Positions 29,817 to 39,872 of a stretch of 64,000 nt of DNA are shown here, piece by piece. The notes below the pieces were generated by a model. That model made no database searches, was not told the DNA's origin, and worked only from the letters and a program-made list of their open reading frames with translations. Within the stretch, counting starts at the first letter, position 1. Each line of letters begins with the position of its first letter. Position numbers and translations under genes: made by a program. The stretch is from Gemmatimonadales bacterium UBA6960 (GTDB lineage: Bacteria; Gemmatimonadota; Gemmatimonadetes; Longimicrobiales; Gaopeijiaceae): assembly GCA_963583605.1 (NCBI GenBank), contig CAUZVZ010000001.1, positions 3,177-67,176 of the forward strand, given 5' to 3'.

Positions 29817-30786
29817 CGGGAACCGCCTCCTCCAGTTCGGCGGCCATGTCCTCGGCTCGCCGCATGAGGGTCAGGTCGAGTTCGTAATCGGGGACGTCCG
29901 TAGCCTGAAGCTTCTCGACAAACTCACGGGCCTCACGTCCGGATAGGCCGAACTTTTGAAAATCCTTCAACGCGAGGCTCTCGCCTCCCTCCCGCGGCCG
30001 GACGCCCTCCGCATCGGCCTCCAACAAATGTCTCAGAACGTCCATCTCTCCACGGCTCATGGGCTGCGCGCGGACATTGTAGTCGATCCACGCTTCATAG
30101 CTGAGGGGGGCCACCCTCTTGAGCATGCCGGCCATCACTCGCGCGAACTCCTGTATCTCCCACTGCGCGTGCGGGTCCGCCCGCAGCGTCAGGAAGTGGA
30201 AGAGGTTGTGGAGATCGATTTTCCAATACCACTGCGTGTAGGTGGAAAGGGGCAGGTCGATGCGGGCCAGTTCGCGCGCCACTTCCTCTTCGACCATCCA
30301 TCGGTACCCGCTGGACGCTTCGTCACGCACACGGTCCCAGCGCTCTATCGCCTGGTTGTACAGCTCGGTCGAGGCGGGGTCGGGCCGGCGGCCTTGGCGA
30401 TTGTCCGAATTTTGCAGGGCGAAGTGATCCGGTTCGGGTTTGTAGAAGAGGAGGGGCATCAGCGAATAGCGGCCACTCAACTCATTGACCGAGGCAGTTC
30501 TGTGCCGTATCCACTGGCGCGCCACGAACATCGGCATGGCACAGTGGAACTTGAGCTCGACCATCTCACTGGGCGTCGTGTGATGGTGGCGACGCAGGTA
30601 GCGAATGAGTCCGCGCGTCTGGCTCACCTTGCGAGTCCCGTACCCATAGCTGACCCGCGCGGCCCGCTCGACGTCCTCGTCGGAGCCCATGTAGTCCACG
30701 AGCGAGACGAATCCGTGGTCCAACACTGGGAAATATCCCCCGAGAATCTCCTCGGCGGCCGGGTTGGTGGGGCGCTTCGTTTCCAT
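29803..30786 (-). CDS. thyX: FAD-dependent thymidylate synthase
   Basis: 327 aa with the ThyX motif WIRHRTASVNELSGRYS. It has a C-terminal extension relative to typical ThyX. Confidence 0.92.
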   Translation of the reverse strand: METKRPTNPAAEEILGGYFPVLDHGFVSLVDYMGSDEDVERAARVSYGYGTRKVSQTRGLIRYLRRHHHTTPSEMVELKFHCAMPMFVARQWIRHRTASVNELSGRYSLMPLLFYKPEPDHFALQNSDNRQGRRPDPASTELYNQAIERWDRVRDEASSGYRWMVEEEVARELARIDLPLSTYTQWYWKIDLHNLFHFLTLRADPHAQWEIQEFARVMAGMLKRVAPLSYEAWIDYNVRAQPMSRGEMDVLRHLLEADAEGVRPREGGESLALKDFQKFGLSGREAREFVEKLQATDVPDYELDLTLMRRAEDMAAELEEAVPGAFE

Positions 30787-31223
30787 GAGCCTGGGCTGAA
30801 AATACGCGTGCGGCGGGACGAAAAACCGACCGGTCGGAGTCGATGCGCCGGAATAGATCCAAAGCCCCGCTGAGCCGCAAGGTTGCCGTATTTTCTGGAC
30901 ACCGACGTGTACGAGGGTAATCCTTCAAAAATAGGCTTGATGCGAGGAAGAACCCGCAGCCTGTATGGCTACCGTACAGATATTGTGAGGGATGACGCGC
31001 CCTACAACATGGCCTCCCTCCAGTTGATTCTTGGAGACCGGGCCGGAGCCGCCGAGTCTCTCCAGCAGGCGCTACGCATCCCTTTCCCGTCCCCGGTGGC
31101 TTCCGATGGACCCCGTGGACCCCGTGCGATCCACGGCGGCGAGAGAGCGGTGCGGCTGATCAATGCGGGCAGGCGAACGCTCTGAGTGATTGTCAATCTC
31201 GTGGGAAGCGCCGCTCGCCCGCC

Positions 31224-32552
31224 CTATCGCAGTGCCTCCCCCGCAATCCACACGGACTCGATACTGTGTGCATTCCGGATGTCCACCAACGGATTCTCGG
31301 TCAAAACGATGAAGTCAGCCCACCGATTGGGCCGCAGCGTCCCGATCTCGTCGTCCAAGCGGAGGCATTCGGCGGCCACGCCGGTCGCCGACCGGAGGAT
31401 CTGCTCCGGCGTGAGCCCCGCCTCGGCCATGAGATCGAGTTCCATGTGCTCGAAATAGCCCTGGAACCGTGCAGCCGGCCCTGTGTCGGTGCCCATCACG
31501 ACGGGTAGACCAGCGTCCGAGATCGTCTTGAGGTTCCTCAGAGCCACCTGTAGCGCTGTCTTGTAAGGCTGCGCCCTGGAGAATCTCGCTTGGCGGTCCG
31601 GCTCCTGGAGCTGTTCGAGCACTCCCGGGTCGGCGTGCGAGAGGAAGAACGGGTCGTCGAAGAAGTCCGGGCGACTCTCGTAGACGAATGTGGAGACCTC
31701 GCGGGTCAGCGTCGGCGTATAGCAGATGCCGCTCTGGGCGAGCATCCCCAGGAACTCGTCGTCGACGTCCCTGTCCCGGACGCTGTGGGCAATGAAGTCC
31801 GTACCTGCCCTCATGAGCGCCTTGGCGTCGTCCAAGTAGAAGAGGTGGGAGGCCAGCCGCAAGCCGAGATCGTGACTCCGGTCGATAATGGCCGAGTAGA
31901 TCTCCGGGGACATCTTCTCGGAAGCGCCCAGGTTGTCGTCCACACGAAGCTTCATCCAGTCGGCACCCATGTCCGCATTCTGCTGGACCTGGGCGAGCGC
32001 CTCCCGTACGGTCGAGCCGGTCACCACGGCCCCCGCAACGAGAATCCGAGCCCGGTCGAGACCGATCATCGACTGCTCGTCACGTAGCGCGAACCCTTCC
32101 CGCTCGTCACCACCCAAACTGTTCACGGTGGTGATTCCGTACTCCGCATAGAGACGTAGCTGTCGAATCAGATTGCTCCGATTGTACTGCCCGCCCTCTA
32201 GGCCCAACGTGCCACCGACGTGTCCGTGCGTGTTGATCAGGCCCGGAATGATCGTCCGGCCATTGAGGTTCACGACCGTCGCGCCAGCCGGGACCGGTAT
32301 GGCGCTACGCGGCCCCACGTACTGGATCCGCCCATCCCGAACCAGCATGATGCCGTCCGGGATGGCCGCGGAACCCGTTCCGTCCCAGATACGAGCGCCG
32401 ACCAGTGCGGTCACTCCAGCCTGAGCGAACCCCCTTGCCTGGGCGGCCGAAGCCATCCCGGGCAGCACGAGGTCCACAACGAGACCCAGAGCGAGGCTCG
32501 CAAAAAACGAGCCCATAAGGAGAGGTGAGCGAAGCGTCTGTTTTTTAATCAT
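31224..32552 (-). CDS. Amidohydrolase family protein, secreted
   Basis: Lies in ORF 31224..32624. Start set at ATG 32552 (MIKKQTLRSPLLMGSFFASLALG) after GAGG. The metal-binding block GLINTHGHVGG and the rest of the amidohydrolase pattern are present. Confidence 0.8.
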   Translation of the reverse strand: MIKKQTLRSPLLMGSFFASLALGLVVDLVLPGMASAAQARGFAQAGVTALVGARIWDGTGSAAIPDGIMLVRDGRIQYVGPRSAIPVPAGATVVNLNGRTIIPGLINTHGHVGGTLGLEGGQYNRSNLIRQLRLYAEYGITTVNSLGGDEREGFALRDEQSMIGLDRARILVAGAVVTGSTVREALAQVQQNADMGADWMKLRVDDNLGASEKMSPEIYSAIIDRSHDLGLRLASHLFYLDDAKALMRAGTDFIAHSVRDRDVDDEFLGMLAQSGICYTPTLTREVSTFVYESRPDFFDDPFFLSHADPGVLEQLQEPDRQARFSRAQPYKTALQVALRNLKTISDAGLPVVMGTDTGPAARFQGYFEHMELDLMAEAGLTPEQILRSATGVAAECLRLDDEIGTLRPNRWADFIVLTENPLVDIRNAHSIESVWIAGEALR

Positions 32553-32792
32553 GAGCGTAACCTCGGTCTTGATCGTTGCACGGTCTCCACGGGAATCCGT
32601 ATCGCCTCCCGAGCCGGGCGGCAAGGATCTCCGACCGCCGGCCCAAGGTATGTCATCAACCGGCGGAATGCGCCTCCCCTCGAGAATCGGACGTGAAGGC
32701 GCCTAGCGGTGGATGACCCGATAAGGGTGCAGGGGAGAAGAGGATGGACAAGAGGCTTCTTTGGCTGAGGGCCGCCAAGTCGAGACGGCGGA

Positions 32793-33465
32793 TTGGGTGT
32801 CGGACTGCGAGCCGGACTGCGAGGTGGATTGCGTTGGGGGCGGCGTTTGGGTTGGCCCGCCGTCAAATGGCTGGCCGCGCTTTCTCTACCGCTTTTCGTG
32901 CTGGTCCGTGGATCGATGTACGCCTATCAGAGCATGGGCTTGGGCACTTGGTCATCGATCGGGCTGGGTGTGTTTGGTACAGTGGTCGTCTTTTCCGCCT
33001 ACGCGACGTGGCTCTGGCGTCGCGTTACAGATGAGCGCCGCCTGCCCCGAATCGTGCAGCACATGCTGATCCCGGTTGTCGCGGGTTACAGCATCTACGG
33101 GCTCCTCTACCTGTCGTCCGGAAACGCTAAGAGCCCGGAACTCAGCGACGGCTACACCTCTCTGCATCCACTCATGAGGCTCGGCGCCAGCACCTACTTC
33201 CTATTCGACAGAGAGGCGGTGGTCACGGATCTCGGACGGACGCCCGAGGACTACCTCCGGATGGGCCTTCCAATCAATGAGGCGTCCCGCCACTTCAAGC
33301 TCGAGGACCGATACGTCCATGCCGATGGATCTTCGCACCATAGGCCGGAGCCTGGCCAGGAATGACCTGATGGTGGCCCACTCCCGGCTCATGGGCCTCC
33401 GAAGCCTCCACCATGTAGCTTCGGCGGATCACCTTCACGTGTCACTTCCTGTAGCTAGGCCCTAA
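32793..33465 (+). pseudogene. Membrane protein with C-terminal LAS/peptidase-M15-like motifs, one frameshift
   Basis: ORF 32793..33365 ends ...NEASRHFKLEDRYVHA, and the sequence continues in ORF 33277..33465 as MDLRTIGRS...VASADHLHVSLP. The shift is near 33318-33330. The family assignment is tentative. Confidence 0.6.
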
Positions 33466-33874
33466 CTTCACCCGGACCAATAGACGGCCTACGCCAGCCC
33501 GGACCAACCAACGGCCACCACGAAGGGGAAGAGCGGGCGCGATGACCAAGGATCTGAAGCCAGCAGCCACGGACTTAGGGGACGGCCGCTCCCCTTCTCT
33601 CCTCCGGAGAGGCCACCGAGGGAGCCGTCATGGGCTTTCCGTGTCTAATGGGTGGAGGGAGAGTTCTTCGCAACCTGCGACCATCGGACTGGAGACCTCA
33701 TCGTAAAACTGCCACAGGCTGGGGTTCAGGAGTTGATCGACCTCGGAGTCGGCCCGGCGTTCGCCCCGGCCGGCCGCGTCTTTTCGTGAATGGGTGCTCG
33801 TTCCGAAACGAGACGACCAACGGTGGTCAGAGCTCATGGCGGAAGCTCGCTCTTTCGTGAGAGGCGCCTGAGCG

Positions 33875-34636
33875 GTGCTCAAAGTCGGCGGGCCAACGCT
33901 CCACCTCTGGGGAGGGGTGCTTTTGGTGTCTTCCATAACTGCAGGGGCGGCAGGCACAATCGCGATGATCCAGGACGACCCACTCTACCAGATTCCCTAC
34001 AACGGGAAGTTCACGTTCACTCGCATCCGGTACGGCGGGCCGGGGTTTCGGGGATTCGGCCGTTCGTCGTGGTCCCATGACTACCCGGATGCCGACCGCA
34101 ACATCCAGACGATCCTCGCCGAGTACACCACCCTGGATCCCAACACGAGCGGGAGTAATGTGGTCGTGCTGGAGGACCCTCGAATTTTCCAGCACCCGCT
34201 TATCTACATCTCGGAACCCGGCTTCTGGAGTATTTCCGAAGCGGGGGCCCTGAATCTCCGGCAATACCTGCTCAAGGGCGGCTTCCTCATCTTCGACGAC
34301 TTCGAGGCGGGCCAGTGGAACAACATGGACGCCCAGCTAATCCGAGCACTTCCGGAGCGGGAGTGGGTCGAGTTGGACGATACCCACCCGATCTTCGGAA
34401 CGTTCTTCTACGTGGAGGACATCTACGTGCCCCACCCCTCGGTCAACGTGCACCCGAGGTACATGGCCGTCTTCGAGGACAACGATCCGAGGAAGCGTGT
34501 CATGGTCTTGGCCAATCACAACTCAGACCTGGCGGAGTACTGGGAATGGTCCGCCTCGGGGCTCTTCGCAATCGATCCCACGAACGACGCGTATCGGCTC
34601 GGTGTGAACTACATCATCTACGGGCTAACCCACTGA
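33875..34636 (+). CDS. DUF4159 domain-containing protein
   Basis: 253 aa. Contains FTFTRIRYGG...WSHDYPDADRN...FQHPLIYISEPG...LRQYLLKGGFLIFDDF, which is typical of DUF4159. Confidence 0.8.
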   Translation: MLKVGGPTLHLWGGVLLVSSITAGAAGTIAMIQDDPLYQIPYNGKFTFTRIRYGGPGFRGFGRSSWSHDYPDADRNIQTILAEYTTLDPNTSGSNVVVLEDPRIFQHPLIYISEPGFWSISEAGALNLRQYLLKGGFLIFDDFEAGQWNNMDAQLIRALPEREWVELDDTHPIFGTFFYVEDIYVPHPSVNVHPRYMAVFEDNDPRKRVMVLANHNSDLAEYWEWSASGLFAIDPTNDAYRLGVNYIIYGLTH

Positions 34637-34709
34637 CGCCTCTATGGCCTAGTGGCACCGAGGGGATGGACATCCTGGCCCGCCGGCGACGGCGGATGGA
34701 GATCCTGCA

Positions 34710-35641
34710 ATGAAGGCCTACACGCGACGACGGCTCCTGACTTCGATGAAGCTCGGGCTGGCCGCGATTCCGTTCTGGATAGGCCGCACGTTGGTGCACG
34801 GGGAGGCGATTCAGCCCGGAACGTTCATCGTTCCCTTCGTCGGCGGATTTTCCGTCGGAACTGCCGAATTGTTCCTGCTCAGGACCTGGCTCAGAGATCT
34901 TCGCTTTCTTCCACATTTGGCGGTGAAGTCGCTGGCGATTACGGCGGTGATCTACGTCTCTGTTACAGCCCTCAACACCTTCGACGTAATCCTCGGTGAC
35001 CTCACGTAGCAGGGCTACGCTCAATGGCTGGTCAGTCCCGGGACGGCCTTCGGCTTGGCAGAGGCGTTCGCGTTGATCGCCTTCCTACTCTTCTTCGTCC
35101 ACCTCGACCGCCTCCTAGATCCCGGAGTGCTGCTGGGGTACATGACCGGGCGATACCACCACCCCCACCGAGAGCGGCGCATCTTCATGTTCCTGGACCT
35201 GAAGGGCTCGACTTCTCTGGCTGATGTGATGGACCCGGACCGGTACTTCGCCTTCCTCCATGAGTACTTCACGGAGATGTCCGAGCCAATTCCCGAGACC
35301 AGCGCCGAGATCTACCAATACGTCGGCGATGAGATCGTCCTCTCCTGGAAGATGAAGGCCGGAATTGAGGAAGCGGGCTGTATCCGAGTGTTCTTCCTGA
35401 TTGAGGACCAGATGCAGGCGACGTGATCACCGCCCAGATCGGTGAGATCAAGAGCGAGATCGTCCATAACGGGGATGTGCTCAACACGACCGTCTGCATC
35501 CAAGCGCTCTGTAAGGATCTCGGTCACAGACTTCTTGTGTCTGCGAAGCTCATGGATCAGCTACAGCTCGGATCCGAGTACGTCGTGGAGTCATTGGGGC
35601 CCGTTCCGTTACGGGGTAAGGGGGAAGCACCGGAGCTCTAA
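34710..35641 (+). pseudogene. Membrane-anchored class III adenylate/guanylate cyclase, in-frame TAG plus internal deletion/frameshift
   Basis: ORFs 34710..35009 and 35055..35426 share one frame and are separated only by TAG at 35007-35009. The catalytic blocks are RERRIFMFLDLKGSTSLAD and EIYQYVGDEIVLSW. The third piece (35423..35641, a different frame) carries VITAQIGEIKSEIVHNGDVLNTT...LRGKG. About 20 residues normally found between these blocks are missing at 35412-35425. Confidence 0.8.
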
Positions 35642-35768
35642 GGCGTGAGCCGCGCCAACGGCCACGAACGCATGCCGCGCGGAGAGCCCTGGCCGATCCC
35701 AGCTGTCCTTGCGCACAACACCCATTGACCGCACCCTCAGCGGTAATCTTGAGCCAAGGAGCGATGCA

Positions 35769-36947
35769 ATGCCGTCCAAGCACCTCGTAACCGTTGCCTT
35801 TGTCGTTCTGTGCGTTGCCTGTGGTGGTGGTGGTGCGCCGATAGACATGGCATCCGACCCGGCGGTCAGCGACGGCTCCATGGCTCCGTTGTTCGAGGTG
35901 GATCCGCTGTGGCCGAATCCGCTCCCGAATCATTGGCTGCTCGGTTCGACGATCGGCGTAGCGGTGGACTCGCGCGATCACGTGTGGATCATCCATAGGG
36001 GCAACCTGGCGAACAACGAGATACCGGCCGCACTCGATCCGCCAAACGCGGAGGCGTGCTGCTTCCCGGCACCGCCTGTTCTCGAGTTCGATGCTGAGGG
36101 TACACTGGTCGCGTCCTGGGGTGGTCCGGGGGCGGGGTATGATTGGCCGATATCGAATCACGGCATCGTCGTCGACCCCATGGACAACGTCTGGATCGGC
36201 GGAAACGGAGGGGCGGACTCGCACGTCCTGAAGTTCAGCCGCGCCGGCGACTTCCTAATGCAGGTGGGCGAAGCCGGCCACGCGGTGCCCAACAGCAATG
36301 CCGAAAACCACTTTTCGCGGGTGGCCAAGCTCAGCTTCGACGCCGAGGCCAACGAGATGTACCTCGCCGACGGCTACGGGAACAAGCGGGTGGCGGTCAT
36401 CGACGCGACAACTGGTGACCTCAAGCGATTCTGGGGCGCCTACGGCAACGTACCGAGCGACGACAACCTCGGAGCCTACGATCCCAGCGCACCCCCATCT
36501 CAGCAATTCCGCAATCCGGTCCACTGTGCCGACCCCACCGATGATGGGTATGTGTACGTCTGTGACCGCCCCGGGGATCGGATTCAAGTGTTCCAGAAGG
36601 ACGGGACTTTCGTTGCCGAAATCATCGTCGAAGGAAACACCCGGGGTTCTGGGTCAGCGTGGGACGTGGCCTTCTCTCCCGACCCGGCCCAGACGTTCAT
36701 CTACATGGCGGACGGCACGAACGAGAAGGTCCACATCATCAGGCGTGAAGGGCTCGAGTATGTGTACAACTTCGGTGATGGCGGCCGTACGCCCGGCCAG
36801 TTCTACGGAGCACACAGCATCGCGACGGACTCACAGGGCAACATCTTCGTGACGGAAACCTACGAGGGTAAGCGCGTCCAGAAGTTCGTTTACGGAGGAA
36901 TGGGCCCAGCGCCGAGTGGGTCGGTGGGTGTTGTCAGGCCCGATTGA
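35769..36947 (+). CDS. NHL-repeat / PAL-like six-bladed beta-propeller lipoprotein (copy 1)
   Basis: Lies in ORF 35709..36947. Start set at ATG 35769 after AAGGAG. The lipobox is VVLCVACGGGG. Repeated blocks are of the type VAVDSRDHVWIIHRG, VVDPMDNVWIGG and YVCDRPGDRIQVF. Confidence 0.75.
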   Translation: MPSKHLVTVAFVVLCVACGGGGAPIDMASDPAVSDGSMAPLFEVDPLWPNPLPNHWLLGSTIGVAVDSRDHVWIIHRGNLANNEIPAALDPPNAEACCFPAPPVLEFDAEGTLVASWGGPGAGYDWPISNHGIVVDPMDNVWIGGNGGADSHVLKFSRAGDFLMQVGEAGHAVPNSNAENHFSRVAKLSFDAEANEMYLADGYGNKRVAVIDATTGDLKRFWGAYGNVPSDDNLGAYDPSAPPSQQFRNPVHCADPTDDGYVYVCDRPGDRIQVFQKDGTFVAEIIVEGNTRGSGSAWDVAFSPDPAQTFIYMADGTNEKVHIIRREGLEYVYNFGDGGRTPGQFYGAHSIATDSQGNIFVTETYEGKRVQKFVYGGMGPAPSGSVGVVRPD

Positions 36948-37064
36948 CCGCCGTTATGTAATCGAAAATGGTCGGGGGCTGCGGGGCTGATTTCTGGCCC
37001 TACTTGCGCCCGGCCGCCGATGACCGCACCCTCAGAAGGATACCCTGAGCCAAGGAGAGATGTG

Positions 37065-38252
37065 ATGGCATCCAAGCACTTCGTAGCAGCTACGTTTGTT
37101 GTCTTTTGTGCCGCCTGTGGTGGTGGTGGCGGCGGGGCGGGCGCGCCGACCGATATGGCGTCTGATCCAGCGCTCGCCGATCCATCGATGGCCCCGATGT
37201 TCGAGGTGGATCCACTCTGGCCGAATCCGCTGCCGAATCACTGGCTGCTGGGCTCAACAATCGGCCTAGGGGTGGACTCGCGGGATCACGTCTGGATCAT
37301 CCACCGAGGGAACCTTGGGAATAACGAGATACCGGCTGCACTCGATCCGCCGAACGCGGCGGAGTGCTGCTTCCCGGCACCGCCAGTTCTCGAGTTCGAT
37401 GCCGAGGGCAACTTGGTTCAGTCTTGGGGCGGGCCGGGTGAAGGATACGACTGGCCGACGTCGAATCACGGCATCGTCGTGGATCATATGGACAACGTCT
37501 GGATCGGCGGGAATGGGGGCGGGGACTCACACGTCTTGAAGTTCAGCCGTGCCGGGGAGTTCCTGATGCAAGTGGGCGAGCCCGGCATCGCGCAGCCCAA
37601 CAGCAACGCTGAGAACCACTTTTCACGGGTCGCCAAGATCCAGTTCGACGGCAGCGCCAACGAGATGTACCTCGCCGACGGCTACGGGAACAAGCGTGTC
37701 GCGGTCATCGACGCGTCGGATGGTACCCTCAAGCGATTCTGGGGCGCCTACGGCAACGTACCGAGTGACGACAACCTCGGAGCCTACGACCCGACCATGG
37801 CCACTCAGCAATTCCGCGGTCCAGTACACTGTGCCGATCCCTCTGCCGATGGCTTGGTGTACGTCTGCGACCGTGGGTCGGATCGGATCCAGGTCTTTCA
37901 GACGGACGGCACGTACGTGGAGGAGATCTTCATTGAGAGGGCCACCGCGGGAGCCGGAGCCGTGTGGGACGTCGCCTTCTCACCGGATCCAGAACAAACG
38001 TTCCTTTACGTCGTGGACGGCATGAACGAAAAGATCCACGTCGTCAGGCGCGAAGGGATGGAGTACATCTACAACTTCGGCGACGGCGGGCGCACCCCCG
38101 GTCAGTTCTACGGAGCGCACAGCATTGCGACCGACTCTAACGGAAACATCTACACGACGGAGACTTACGAAGGGAAGCGGGTCCAGAAGCACCTCTACAG
38201 AGGCATGGGACCGGCACCGAGTGGGTCGACGGGCGTCGCCAGAGGGAATTAG
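37065..38252 (+). CDS. NHL-repeat / PAL-like six-bladed beta-propeller lipoprotein (copy 2)
   Basis: Lies in ORF 37020..38252. Start set at ATG 37065 after AAGGAG. The lipobox is VVFCAACGGGG. It is a collinear paralog of copy 1. Confidence 0.75.
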   Translation: MASKHFVAATFVVFCAACGGGGGGAGAPTDMASDPALADPSMAPMFEVDPLWPNPLPNHWLLGSTIGLGVDSRDHVWIIHRGNLGNNEIPAALDPPNAAECCFPAPPVLEFDAEGNLVQSWGGPGEGYDWPTSNHGIVVDHMDNVWIGGNGGGDSHVLKFSRAGEFLMQVGEPGIAQPNSNAENHFSRVAKIQFDGSANEMYLADGYGNKRVAVIDASDGTLKRFWGAYGNVPSDDNLGAYDPTMATQQFRGPVHCADPSADGLVYVCDRGSDRIQVFQTDGTYVEEIFIERATAGAGAVWDVAFSPDPEQTFLYVVDGMNEKIHVVRREGMEYIYNFGDGGRTPGQFYGAHSIATDSNGNIYTTETYEGKRVQKHLYRGMGPAPSGSTGVARGN

Positions 38253-38297
38253 GAACTAAGCCCCACCCTCCGGCCAGCGTTTACGCTGAGAGAAGCA

Positions 38298-38342
38298 ACA
38301 GGGCCGTGCGACCACTGCGGGTCGCGCGGCCCTGTGTTTGTA
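38298..38342 (+). terminator. Rho-independent terminator after NHL copy 2
   Basis: CAGGGCCGTGCGACC-actgcg-GGTCGCGCGGCCCTG forms a 15-bp stem with one G-U pair, followed by TGTTTGT. Confidence 0.6.
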
Positions 38343-38348
38343 GGTGGG

Positions 38349-38561
38349 ATGCGGCTACCGCCCGCGCCAGTCATCACCGTAACCACGTGGCAAGACACTC
38401 CAGAGCCGATCGCGCAACTCAATTCCGTGATTCTGGCCCGAGTTCCCGCGCTCTACCAACGGCTGAACGATGACAGGCTCCCCGTCGACGCCGGGGATTG
38501 GAGTCCTAAGGCGACCGGGGGGATGACTCCGGAGAGGATGACGCTGCGGGGGGCCCCGTGA
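38349..38561 (+). CDS. Possible small hypothetical protein
   Basis: Internal ATG of ORF 38334..38561. It has a GTGA stop/start overlap with the next gene and fairly high GC3. No family recognised. Confidence 0.3.
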   Translation: MRLPPAPVITVTTWQDTPEPIAQLNSVILARVPALYQRLNDDRLPVDAGDWSPKATGGMTPERMTLRGAP

Positions 38562-39070
38562 ATCTGGAAGAGATCCAGGCCGTCATCGAAAGTGCCGAGG
38601 CTCGGGGTACGGATCAATTAGCGACTTACGTTCAGGGCCGCCTGCCAGAGGCGTCCGCTACGGAGGTTCAGGACGCGGCCTCCGTCTTGCTCGAAGTCAT
38701 CGAAAGCATCCCGCTCATTCTGGCGGCCGCCACTCAGGGGGCCGAGGAGCGCAATCTGGCGCACGTCTTCCAACCGGTCCTCGATCGGGTCTTCCGTTAC
38801 TTTCTCCACCCCGTGGATCTCATGCCGGAGATGACACTCGGGTTGCCCGGCTTACTCGACGATACCTATCTGGTCCTCCGAATCCTCCAAGTCCTCGAAG
38901 AGGGCCCAGGACCCTTGGTAGATTGGGATCTGGACCACCCCACATCCCCGGTACGTAGCCTTCTCGATGAGGACGTCGGTCAACAGTTCGACGCGATGTT
39001 CATCCTCCCATTCGAAGAGGTCGCCGATGACGTGAGGCAAACTTGGGGCGCCGAACCTCTGGACGCCTGA
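38558..39070 (+). CDS. Hypothetical protein with DUF1232 (YkvA)-like motif
   Basis: 170 aa with a GTG start. FRYFLHPVDLMPEMTLGLPGLLDDTYLVLRIL resembles the DUF1232 core (Y..P.DLIPD...G.lDD). Confidence 0.55.
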   Translation: MNLEEIQAVIESAEARGTDQLATYVQGRLPEASATEVQDAASVLLEVIESIPLILAAATQGAEERNLAHVFQPVLDRVFRYFLHPVDLMPEMTLGLPGLLDDTYLVLRILQVLEEGPGPLVDWDLDHPTSPVRSLLDEDVGQQFDAMFILPFEEVADDVRQTWGAEPLDA

Positions 39071-39148
39071 GGGAGGACCCCCTCCGTGGACCGTGGCAGC
39101 CGCAACGCGACCCGCCCCCTTTCCGATCACCCTTCTAGGAGACGCACC

Positions 39149-39865
39149 ATGTCCTACTTCACGAAGGCGACGTTCACCTTCTTGAAGGACCTGAAGGAGA
39201 ACAACGAGCGCGCGTGGTTCCAGCAGAACAAGCACCGGTACGAGGACCATGTGAGGGATCCCGCCATCCGCTTCATCACCGACTTCGGAGCCCACCTGAA
39301 GACCTTGAGTGAACACCTCCGGTCGGATCCGCGGACGGTCGGCGGTTCGATGTTTCGAATTCATCGAGATACGCGGTTTTCCAAGGACAAGACTCCGTAC
39401 AAGACCGCCATCGGCATCCAGTTCCGGCACGAGCTCGGAAAGGACGCCCACGCACCCGGGTACTACCTCCACATAGATCGTGGCGGATGCTTCGCCGGTG
39501 CCGGCATGTGGCATCCCGACTCGCCCAGCCTGATGAAGATCCGCAAAGCGATCGTCGAGGATCCGCAGGCCTGGAAACGAACGGTGGGGGCCAAGCGCTT
39601 TCGTGACGCCTATGTGTTGGAGGGTGACCGGCTGAAGTGGCCGCCCAGGGGATTCGACCTCGACCATCCCCTCGTCGAGGATCTCAAGCGAAAGGATTTC
39701 ATCGGCGTAGCCAAAGTCCCACAGAAGGTGGTCACCGATCCGAAGCTTCCCGAGGAGCTCGTAAAGGTCTTCCGCGCCGGGACACCATTGGTGGAGCTTC
39801 TCTGCGACGCGGTCGGGGGTACCTTTCTAAGGAACTCCGGCAATCCCACCGCCGAGATCGTCTAA
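39149..39865 (+). CDS. DUF2461 (TIGR02453) family protein
   Basis: Lies in ORF 39086..39865. Start set at ATG 39149 after AGGAG. Contains FTFLKDLKENNERAWFQQNKHRYE...FRIHRDTRFSKDKTPYKT...GYYLHI. Confidence 0.8.
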   Translation: MSYFTKATFTFLKDLKENNERAWFQQNKHRYEDHVRDPAIRFITDFGAHLKTLSEHLRSDPRTVGGSMFRIHRDTRFSKDKTPYKTAIGIQFRHELGKDAHAPGYYLHIDRGGCFAGAGMWHPDSPSLMKIRKAIVEDPQAWKRTVGAKRFRDAYVLEGDRLKWPPRGFDLDHPLVEDLKRKDFIGVAKVPQKVVTDPKLPEELVKVFRAGTPLVELLCDAVGGTFLRNSGNPTAEIV

Positions 39866-39872
39866 CAGAAGC

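Noticed and set aside
30883-31185. 100-aa plus-strand ORF between thyX and the amidohydrolase, with a TPR-like stretch (APYNMASLQLILGDRAGAAESLQQAL).
   Set aside because: It is a single degenerate helix pair with no start context. It may be a remnant of a decayed TPR gene, but there is not enough evidence to annotate it.
18657-35009. Possible genetic-code reassignment of TAG, given in-frame TAG in mlaE (at a conserved Gln) and in the adenylate cyclase.
   Set aside because: TAG clearly terminates many well-delimited genes here, including both DUF5916 genes at 2552 and 4874, trxB at 13587, and 57436. Only two internal TAGs exist, and both are in a window full of other lesions. Ordinary nonsense mutations or errors fit better.
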